Source: Lingula anatina
Lineage: Eukaryota; Animalia; Brachiopoda
Assembly: GCA_051362555.1 (NCBI GenBank)
Contig: CM120643.1
Location: 2,294,001-2,358,000 of the forward strand
DNA length: 64,000 nucleotides
Direction: 5' to 3'
Made by a program: the position numbers and the translations under genes. Each line of letters begins with the position of its first letter. The stretch's first letter is position 1. Below are positions 1-11,700 of the stretch, one piece after another. The notes beneath the pieces are model-generated. The model saw nothing but the letters and a program-made list of their open reading frames with translations. It was not told the DNA's origin and did not search any database.

Positions 1-248
1 TGCAGAAGGTGATGTTTTACAGATAATTACAACTATCGCGATCGCTGTGTTTTGTTTACCAGGTAAATTCTGGAAGGCCATGGAAACTACTCAATTGTCA
101 TTTTCCTTTAACACATGAAAAACATGGCATGATGAGAGGCGTAAACGGAATTATGTTTTTATGATTTACAGTAAACGAGAGAGATAGAGAAAGAGGAGAG
201 AGATTGTGTCATGACTAAAACAGTGTTTTGCGATTTATTTTCTTTCAA

Positions 249-290
<42 letters not shown>

Positions 291-1094
291 AGAGATTGTG
301 TCAACAAAAATTTTAACAGCTTAATGAATTATTTTATTTCAAATATCACACTTTGTAAAGAGTATATTTACAAATATGGGAAATGGCACTTGCATTTGCT
401 TGGGTGCTCCAGTATTAGTCAACAGAATCACCGATGACGGTTCCGTGCGTCAGTCATTAACAAATACACTGTAAAACGCACACTGAAGAAGGCAACATAA
501 TGTAACGTTGAATTTTAACTCAGTGCAATATGTATTATTTCATTGTTTTTTGGACTTAAACCTAAAGTGAAGCCTGTGAATACCGAAAAAGACCGAAGAG
601 TGCCGAGTACGACCAAGGGACCATGCGATGTCCTGTGATACCACTTCGTATTTAATAAAATAATAAGTTTAAAAAATAAGTAACTGTCTTTTTGAAAGGG
701 TCTGCACGATGCGTTCATTTAAAATGAATTTTCTTGAGGCTCTGTAACAAAAAAGAACATGGAAAATTAACAGAAAGTTGATATAGACGCTTAAGTGCCA
801 TAAGTCGGGTCAGACTTGCACCGTCGCTGCCTCTTGTTTCTTTACTGGCGTTTTAAGACACGTCGTTTTTTCTGCAAACCTTTTGAATTCTTCACAGACA
901 CACTTGGTGCATGATCTACAGAGTCGGGCCGGTTATCTAGTCTTGATGTTTAATAAGAACCCAAGTTTTTATTGCATAAAGTCGTTTCTCCTGCCTGGCT
1001 CAGTAGGGGGCCTTTTCGTCACGTTTAACGTTGCGCAACTCCAACGCCACGCCAGTTCCCAGAATCACAGATGATAGTCAGATATTGGGTTTAC

Positions 1095-1123
1095 TTATTT
1101 CGCCGTCAGAATCCTTTTAAACT
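1095..1123 (-). CDS. Calmodulin-like terminal exon (EFKRILTAK*)
   Basis: atttcag acceptor, phase 1. Resembles the calmodulin C-terminus EFVQMMTAK*. AATAAA on the minus strand at 968-973. Confidence 0.88.
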
Positions 1124-4100
1124 CTGAAATTAAGGAGGCACAATAATAATATTATGTTTACTTCAAAAAAAGCCGTATTTGCATAATTGCAACAATACGA
1201 CACAGAGGTCTTTTAAAAGTGATATTCTTAGATGACTTTGAAGTTAGGCGGTGACGTCAACGGGGACAGGAAAACTAGCAAGAAGCTTATTTTATACCAG
1301 GAAATTATATAGATGAGGGATAGTAGGATGAATAGAGAAAGACTACCGAAAGAGGATGTGGGTTTCTTCATACATTTTCAAGGTATTTTCGGGGTTTCTC
1401 TTAGACAATATTGTATTCATCACGATATGTTGATGCTAGTAGGGTTTCGTCATCCGGCTCCAAACTCTTATCACGAAATGTTGACGTTAACTCAGTAGAT
1501 AAGGGAATTATATATAGCGTCTTGTGCAACATTATTTACCTGTAAAATTTACTGTGCCGTCACCGTCAACGTCAGCTTCTTGGATCATTTCACGAACCTC
1601 AGCCTGGAAAAGACAAGAATAAAGAGGATAAATTTTAAGACTGACACTGCATATCATTTAAAACATAAAATTCCTTAGGCCAACCTCGAAAGATTTTAAA
1701 CCTATCTAGGCTGCCGTTAACTGATTTTCCCAAATGAAGGGAAAAAAATACAGTCAGTTAATTTATCACCAATTTAATTTCAATACCGAATCTCTACATT
1801 CATACCAGTTATGGCCTTAAGCGCTAAGTTTTTTTTTTTTTAGTAGTAGTATTTCCACTCCCGAATTACATAACACGTATTTTACGGACACTATTCAGAC
1901 CCGTGACTAGAATTTTAATTTGGGGTGTTTTAAAAATAAAAGGTGGACCTTTTGTATAATATGAGAGTACTTAGACTATTTAGCTCTCCGTCAAAATTCT
2001 CAATCTAAAATTTAGTAAAGAAAAAGCGAAGTTTTTATACCAGCCACGGTTGTTAGTGCAGACGGAATGTTGATGTGATCCAAAATGACTGCCTCCCCCG
2101 GCACCCTTCGACCCTGGCTAAATAGCTGCCGTTTTTTTTTTTTTTTTTTTTTTTTTTTTCAAAGACGTGCTGGCTTTTTCCCGTCAGATATCTGAATTAA
2201 GTATTCTCAGTTGTATTTCTAGTTTCGCCAATTTGTTAGTCTCGCCATTAAACAGATTGTCCATATGGGGCATTTATTACTCTCCGATATCGATTCCAGT
2301 GTGCAATATTAACTCTGCTCTACATTTTCACTATGCTGCTGGCGTTTCAAAGCTGAAAACAGACGCTGTGTACAGCGCTCGACTTAACAGTTCACTTACA
2401 TGTAACTCACCTTTGTTATGACTTCTCCTATTTTTGTTAAGACGTCGTAAAGTTCGTCTGCGTCTATGTGCCCGTCACCGTTTTGGTCGAAAACGTGAAA
2501 CACGTCCAACAATTCTTTCTCCGGATCCCTGCTTTTGTTTTTTGACATCATACTTAAAAATTCGTCGAATTCTATCGTTCCGCTTCCTGTGGGAAAAAAG
2601 ATGAAAAGGAAACTATTAGAAGGTTTGTAAAAATGATAGATTTTTAACGATAAATATATGGAAAGTAACCCCTAGCGGATTGTATTTTAACCTAGGCGTC
2701 TGCACTGTATATCCCCCTGCGTCGTTAAGTACAGTCAGTATATTGCACGTCAGTAAACGCCAGCATGATTGTCTTGTGATCGTCTGCAGAATACATTTCA
2801 AACCCAATGATACCGAGTGCCGCATTTTGCCGTAATTTAGTTGATCTAACGAAGAATATAAGATATGAAAGCTGAATCTATTTTTGTCTCACACCTTCAG
2901 TCTGGCATTTCGTCATACCGTTGAGCTACGCGTGTAGATGCTATAACGTTTAATAAGAAGATAAATATGTAATTGTGCTTGGGTAGGTTTATCGGCGATT
3001 AAACAAAAGACATGAAGATCGCTATAATTTCAGTTCTCTGGTGCGTGCTGCAGTTTCCCATACGTTTTAACAATGTGAAAATCGTGACAGTTTTAGATAC
3101 CTCGTGCGAAAATTCATAAAACAATGCACGGTGCGTGTTAAACTTCGTGTTTGATATTAGATTACGATTTATTTAATCACGATATTGCTTGATACATCAT
3201 CGCTGCGTAGGCGTCAAGCAAAAAACACACGCCCATGTTTGTTACAGTCGATTGTATCAGCAAACAAAACTAGATATTGCCTGTAAAAAACTCGTCGACA
3301 TGATCCTTTTGACATAATATTCAACATAACAACTAACCTATCAATTTTTAAAAAATATATTCTAATTTTTTAAAAAATATATTTTAATAAATGTTTTAAT
3401 TGGATAACCGAGAACAAATAACCCCCACCGATAATGCTTCGAGCCACGCATACGCGCACGTTTTCTTTGCCTCATCGTTTTTGCCAGAACATACCTGGTT
3501 TAAGGCACTGTCGCTCTCTCCAGCATTTAAAACTAAACTGTCCATGTATCGGCATGATTGTCGCCGAGGTCGTCATAACGCACTCCATTTCTCTAGATGT
3601 AAGTAATGTCAGTGTACTAGTACTTGGTAAATAGCTTGCTTCGACTTGAAGCGCCACAGAGAAAATGTGACACTGTCTAAAAGTGACTAAGTCCACTAAC
3701 TCCAATGTGTAGCTTAACAGTAACTGAGCACCTAAGCTGCAACTAAAGGGTCCTGGTTCTGATCAGTGGCAACTGTGATCTGAGGGAGACTGGCTGGGCA
3801 GGAGTTTATATACCGTAGGAAGCATGCGCAGAAGGAGGAGATAGCTGTCTGTAAATATTCAGAGAGGCAGCCTCGCTGCTTGTGTATTCAGTGGCAAAGA
3901 CGGAAGACTTGCCTTGAGATTATTGGCTCCGATGCTCTGCAATTGACGTAGGCGTCTCGCGAGACTCCTGACAGAACCATGGTTACACGATAATCGACTT
4001 GCTCAAATCACTTTCCGTCGTACGCCGCAGTACTGCAAATTAATGTCACCAGATAATTTGATTTTGGCATCGTCGTGATTGCCATCCAGATTCCTGGCCC

Positions 4101-7100
4101 CTGCTGTTGGCGAGACCACAAGAACACTTGAAGGCATTACCCAAAGGCTTGCCTCGGGGAAACATTCCCAAAACGATAAGTGGGATTCATCTTCAAGAAA
4201 CCTTTAGCAGGGGATCTGATCGAGAATTTGTCGTCTCCTTCGAAGTAGAGGCTATCTACGTGAAGAACACTTGTGACCAAAACTTAACACGTACAAACAG
4301 ACACCGTAAAAATATGTGTACATCTTCTCGAGATACAATCGGTGCCATGTAAGTATTGCCAAACAATCTCATTCTCCTTGCTGTTTTTACCTATGCAGAT
4401 TCCAATTAACAGATACAGAAATAAACACAGTGATTGTTTGTTAATTATGCACACTCAGTTGTTTGTTTATAAAACACAATCCACTATCCTCGTGGCCTTG
4501 GTCCCCACAAGTGCAGCCGCTGTTATGAGCATTAAAATTGTCAACAAGACCATTGGGTTTAATTAGAGATCAGATCGGAACCACATGTATTGGCACATGT
4601 TTATTGTGTCCTCCCATGTCGTTTATTGTTAACAGATCTCTTGGAAGCAAGGAAAAAAGGAAAATGGCACACGTACGTAAATATCATCACTGTAGTCAAA
4701 TAAGAAACCCCCTCCACCATTGTAACCGTCAATTATAAGCTTAGGGAACACGAGGGCTAGGATGACCCCTACCCCACCCCCCACCCCCCTGTCGCAGATT
4801 TCTCCCTGAATAGTTAACCTCCCCCTCCTCCCAGTTAAAACTGACATTCTACGCACTCCCTAATTAGTGTAATGCATCGAGATGCTTGAGACATCAACAT
4901 AGATTTTTTACATGACTGCATCCCGCTACAAAGACGCCGTATAGACTTTACGTATAGGTAACGCCGCATAGCATTGTCGGTAAAAAAACGACTTCGTAGG
5001 GAAATGATGACGAAGAAACATAGACAAAAAATAAGTTAATAATAATATAATAGAGATAAAAAAAGGATAAAACTATAAAAGATATCACAACTTTCACAGC
5101 ATATACATGTAGTCTATTGTACTGGTGTTATCGTAATTGATTTGAACGCTATTAATTGCTTTTAATCTCTGTTGTAAAATGTTCGTTGTCCGTTCTGGCC
5201 ATCGATTATTTTTCTTTTATGTTTGAATAGCTGAACATGTATTGCATTCTTCTTTTGAATTTTGTAAACCAATTATTTGTATTGGTATACAGTATAAAGG
5301 CTGCTTCTTTCCTTGATAATGTGCTATAATCAATGCCCGTTTAGTTGCTGATATAAAACCACCCAAGACAACAAAATAATTTCGTCACATTCCCAAACCC
5401 ACAGGGGGTTTCAGTGACTGTTGCTTCCCTTGGTTTCGGTTGTAAGAATCGACAGTGCGTCTTTTTCCTTCTCCCTCTGGATAGCGTGTTAGTTTGGGGC
5501 AGGTCAATTGCCCTAAAGAGTTATGGAACATCTTGTACGACAAGATATTTTTGTTTGTGGAAAAACACTTTAATTGGGGGGAAACAGGAAACGGGAAATG
5601 CGTCACAGAAATTATATAATTGTGGCTTTTACAAAGGACAACTTTGTGGTGATGTTGGTTTTCACCCAATTGGTGACATGCGTCCGAGGTGGGTAAAATC
5701 TCGATTTTTTATGGTGCTTGCGTGGCTGTAAAGTCAAGAGGTCTATCTCCTAGTTTCACATCGAGACAGCAAGTAAAACGAAGCGCAGCATTTTCCAGCT
5801 AATAAAAAGATATTACCACAAACACGACTCGTCGTAAAGCTGTAGGTTGAATCATTTAATTCTGGATCGAGAACATACGGGTATTTAGTAAGAGGAGCAT
5901 GGTCAACAAGCAGTGGCAAGGATTTTCACTTTCTAGCCCAAACAACCATTGAAGACCACTTTCTTGTAGAGACGAAAAACAATCAAACCTTGAAACAAAA
6001 TTGCTAAAAGCCAGCAAATCACTGGTTCTATGATGCTAGTTTTGCTCAATTTTCTTCCATTTTCTACAGAGATAAAGGTTTTCCTGTCTGTTGCGGTTAA
6101 CCACACCTAGCCCTGCTATTTAACGACAGGAAGAACTAATGAATAAAATTACAGAAATCAAGGCCCAGAAAACACGAAACATCCACCAAGAAACAATATT
6201 TTCTTCAAATACAATTTTCGCGATCTTTTTAATTGTTTGTTCATCATCAAGCTGCAGAACTCGACTGCTCATAATAAGAACATTGGAGTGACCTTGGGGA
6301 AACAATCACAACGATTTCAAAGTTATTAATTGGGAGATATCTGTAATTTAACCAATTTTCTAAAAACACATATAACAACCGACCTTGATGAACTGTTAGT
6401 GTTATCATCGCTGGCAAACCACAACAACACGAAAAGAGCCCAGGAAATAAATGCAAGATTTGGGAATCTGATCAGACTTCTTGGATTGGATGAAGATTGA
6501 TAGGGATAATCCTTAAATTTTACTTCACTTTTAAATTCTGTACAACACAGGAGAGGGTGGGGTACACACATTGTAACAAACTTCAATTTCAAGTGACTCA
6601 ACCAGTCCAGCCCAGCCCTAAACTCCGTGATTTTGCGATATTTTGCGTTATTTGCGTTATTTGAAGAATTTGAAGTTAGGCGGGAGCAGGCCACAAACAC
6701 AAACACACACATGCACACACACACACGCACATGACATATTATTCACGTCTTCATTCTAGCAACTCCATGAAACCTGGTTTTTCATACCTTTGCTGTACGG
6801 GGCGGGCAGTGCGTCGACTCACTCTTACTTTCAGAAACGAAAACTCTGATAGAGAGAGACAACAAGAGAGAGAAAGATGGAGAATTGTTTATCTAGCTGA
6901 GAGCAGGTCATTGTGATCTAGCTGTAAAGCCGGCGCCATGACGCGGTCAGATGAAGTGTTTGGCAAATAATCTTTGTGGTTACCGTCAATTTTATAAGAA
7001 TTGCTAGACAGCATTGACATCAGAGTGTGTGCTACTTACAAGTCATGATTTCAATTCAAGGACATTTCCTTCAAAACAACCGCAGAGGCATACTGGAGTA

Positions 7101-8707
7101 AAAGCATCCACGGCAAGCAATCTTGATCAAGACAACCTTTCCAAAGTGTCGTCTGCTCACAATGAACATCCCGAATGCCTAAATTGACTAAAATTACACC
7201 AGCGTTTCAGATAAGATGTTTCTATATATTAATGTTTTTGTTTTGATTGCTTTGGTCTGGTTTGACACGGCACTACACTAAAAGAGTTGATTTCCTGTTC
7301 AAGGAATAAATATTAAAAAGATAAGATTACCTTTACGGTGCCTTAGTGCAGAGCGTGCCCACTTTGAGTGGACAACAACGGGGCGGTCCCTTTTTTACTA
7401 CTTGAGTGAACATTTTGAATTTATTGAAAAACAATAACCACAATTAGTTATTTTATCTGTGATATGACAATATAAACCCCCACGCTTGCCGCGTATAGCT
7501 TATTTTCGGGTCTAGCTCTTAAGCCGAAAGTGTGATCTTTGTCTAGAGGTCATTATAACAACTGAAAGCAAACTTTAGACGCCTTCTCGTGACATTGGAT
7601 GTTTTCTTTTTCAAAAAAATCTTTGCACGAAGTGATCACGCGCAGGTAGCTGACACTGAGACTTGCTTCTCCTGTTGTGTTTGTATCTGTCGAGATAAGA
7701 AATATGATCTATCATGAAGAGGGATATCGTCTTCCATCCTGACAGGACAAGCATGCTACTTGTCATCTTAAATATCCAAAGTGCTATAGCCTCTACAAAT
7801 GTCACGGAATTCTTTTACAAAGTGTTGATCATGAAACATGTCGCCAGAGAGCGATTCTATAAATAAGTCTGAGTTCAATTGTTCCCCACCTTGAGCAAAT
7901 AACCCCCAACTCGCTCTCAAATTAATATTGTGCACCTTTCCGTTCAACAAATCAGTTTACTTCCTTTAAGTCCAATGCAATTAATGCCGCAATACCGGAC
8001 GCTACAGTCGTTTGGGGTTCTCAGTTGATTTAATCTCGTAGGTTGATGGAAATTATTCGTTTATTGTCTTCGTTATTTCTTTTATTTATTTATTCTATTT
8101 ATTTATTTATTTATATTTACATTTGTATTGAAAAACAAAACATATTTGGACAGGCAAACTTATATCTAAAAGAAACGACGGAGTGAGGGAGCGAAGAAGG
8201 GAAGAGGGAAGAAGAGATACAGAATAGAGTAGAGTATTCCATGCCATTAAGTCAAAAAAAAAATCTGGGTCTAACGGGAAGCTTTTAACAAAACTCTGGA
8301 TATCCAGGGAATCATTGAATCACTAAACCACATCCCCGTAAGGTTTTTATTAATGCAGCACATTCGATTGTATAATAAATTAAAGCCATGTTCTGAATCA
8401 ATACAGTCGGAGAATGGGGGAGGGGGTGAGAGACAAATTCCTGAAACGTCCGTCTCTGACATTGCCTTCACGTGTCCCAGACGTCTATATATATCAGAAA
8501 AAAACTGCCAAAAATTCTAATTTCTAATTCTGGTCTTAAAATATTTCACATCAGCGAAAATAAAGAATTAAGGGGCAAATTACACTGCTTAATAGTCTAT
8601 TACTGTAGCATGTGCGTTTGTAAATCTTAATTCAAATGCTTTGGTTTTACAGATTTTTGGTACATACGGCATTTCAAGTCCTTATACGTGTTTATGTGCG
8701 GGCGGGC

Positions 8708-8755
<48 letters not shown>

Positions 8756-11700
8756 TACCAACAAATTATCGCAACTTATCCCACCTTCAAACCGCCTACA
8801 TTTACTTACCAGGAAGCTTTCAACAAAAACCATACCGCCAACTATTACAAACCCCGTCGTCATAAAATATGTATATATTAAGATTGAAATCTCTTTAATA
8901 CAAAAAATGAGCATTATTGAATTCCTATAGGTTTTGTTTATGTAGAACAATAACTCGAATGATACAGATTTAAAGTAGCATTGTTTTGAGTCAGCGTTCC
9001 ACAGCGTATAATCATTAGACGAAGCATGGGGTAATTGCTATCCAACCATTAATATAAAGCCTAATCAACTCAAAGCATTTTCTCTGCAGAATTAAATCTC
9101 TTCCTCGTGGCTAATGCTCACTGCTTACTCACCCCCCCCCCCCCCCCTTGATGTGCACCTATTTGTCTTCAGTTCTGTTTTACAGGCTGACCACCTTCCC
9201 CAGTACTAAAATCCCAAGACTCAAAGGCGGGGGCGGGGGCGGGGGAGGGGGAGGGGGAGGGGATGGGGGCAGTTATGAGGGCTTGACGGAAACAGTGAGA
9301 AAAGGTCTGCCTTAAACCAAACTGTGACTTTTCTCTATACCATATATATAATTTTCAAGTTGTGTGAAATGCACCCTTTGCAGGAAAAAAATAAAAAATA
9401 AAAAAATCGCTCTGAAAATCCCTTGTTTACTGCTGTTATTGTGCCTCTCAAAGTTTGTTTGGAAAGAAAAAAAAGACGAAAATATGATACTTAATTTGGT
9501 CTCTACTAGCTATATAGTTTTCTAGTATCTTACAATGTGTGACGAAAAATACGAAGAATACGCTTTCTTGTGACAAAGTGGAGTTGTGTGCCTAAATGTC
9601 GGAACCAATTCCACTTCTCAATCAAACCAGTGCTGCAAATGCTTCTTAGAATGAAAAACGTTTTAAAGTGTTTTCAAATGAACGGGTCGGGAAAACATAA
9701 TTACTGGTACGCAATGAGGTTTTCGAAGAAACCAAATAAGACCATAAACATCTCTCATGAGAAAAGCTGTGCACTTTAATCAAATGAATCGCAAGAAACA
9801 TGAAACCACAGACTCAATTATACCACAATTACAAGTTGGTATCTGCTACATCCATTACTGTGCCGATTGAAGGTACAGAATAATGCAGAGACAATTGAAT
9901 GAAACGCAATGTTTCATGTTTTTCATGTTACACACAAGGTATTTCAGCCAACTAGATGATGATAATAAAAATAATGATGATAACAATAACAATAATTGAT
10001 AAAAGCAATAATGCAACAGTTAATTTATTTCTTTAAACCGCGTGAGCGCTTGTATGAGCGCTGTTTACATATACACAGTATTATCCTCAAACCACTAATA
10101 TTAATCGAAATATCATAAAAAGGGAATAAAAGCTAAAAGAAACCTAAATTGCCCATAGTATTATAAGCAAAAAAGAGAGACATTCACGTTGTTCATAGCA
10201 TTTAAAATAAAATTGTTGCAGCAATCTTAAAATTCCAATGAGCATATGTTTCTATCACACCATGGTACATGCATGAAGAAATGTGAAAGTTTACACACAT
10301 TTTGCTTTCATTGGACGTCTTCATTTCTTCAGCGACAGGTATTTGCAAATACTACAACCCTTAGAAAATTAATTTTAGGAACTCATCTTTTTTTGATTAA
10401 CCAAACATCCAAATCTCAAGAAAATATTTGGCGACATTATTCACTCTCGGGAGGTGCAGGATACATGTGTAACTTCCTGGAAAACGCGAGCTGTTGAGTA
10501 ATTTGACTAGCTTATCTAAACGTCCTAACGGTTCTGCCGTTGACAGCCGTTTTGTTCGGTCCTCAGAGGATTGTTCCTGGAACTTCGCGTGGTAGCTTCG
10601 GTGAATCAAGGTAGTTAATGAGCAGTGACCCTGCTTCGGAACGGCGCATGTTGACATCTCTTGTTCTAATTTTGAACCGACGTTTCTCCATTACCTTTGA
10701 CAGCGATCGATACCATTAGACAAGCCACGTCCGGATTTTCTTCATCAAAACACTCTTATGAAATAATTGAGAAGCAGTTTAGGTGTTTTGATCATCTTGT
10801 AACCTTAAGGACTTCTGTCTTCTTTGATTAATTACTGTCTAGAAAAACACAACGCATTGTAAAAGTACAGTGAGTGTAAACAGGCTTACAGTGTACTTTA
10901 CATAACAATAGACCGTCAGTGGAAGTAACATGGAGAAAAAAGCATACAAAATACGAGTGATTTTGTCTTTACTTATGTCGGCCAGTTCATCGAACGGGGG
11001 GGGGGGGGGGGGAGGCATACATATAATGAAATAAAACGACACAATTCGTAGGACGACAGACAACAAAGAAGATGACGTTTTCTTTCAATTGTCCCCCAGG
11101 ATTTCGCAGTGGCCTATTGGTGACATCAAACATTAGCGTCGATCACTGTTAAATGACCAGTTTGAGTTTTCCTGGAAATTTTAGTCATTCCGTTTATCAG
11201 CAAGGCACACGTTATCCACAACCGTTGAGAAAAGTATTTTGTATTTTCATAAATCAAATTTCCGAGTTCTTAATTTGTAATTACCTCCGCAAAGGAGGTT
11301 ATGTTTTCACCCCTGTTTGACTGTTTGTTTGTCATCAATATAACTCAAAAAGTTATGGACCGATTTTGATGAAATTTTCAGGAACTGTCAGAAGGGGGCC
11401 AAGGAAGAGATGAATAGTTTTTGGTGGTGATCCGGATCAATAATTAATCAATAATCAATAAAAATAAAAAAAATTGCTGCCTTGGCGGAGGTCTGCGCTC
11501 TCGGAGTGCTTTTCTAGTTCTTTTTGAAGTTACAAGTGGAATTCACACACTTCCTATACAAGATTGACTCAAGATGTGAAATTTTATAGCTAAAAAAAAA
11601 AAACGATTCATAGATCGTAAATTGGCCCACGGTTTTATGTGTAATATACATTTGCAATAAGAAAAGAAAAGAAAAGTGCTATATACCCAAGAGAATTTCC

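Noticed and set aside
5385-5760. Possible LINE fragment ([18 protein letters not shown])
   Set aside because: Similarity is too short and no reverse transcriptase or endonuclease motifs are visible.
7611-7990. Protein-like minus-strand fragments, possibly a transposon relic
   Set aside because: Several stops and no recognisable domain motif.
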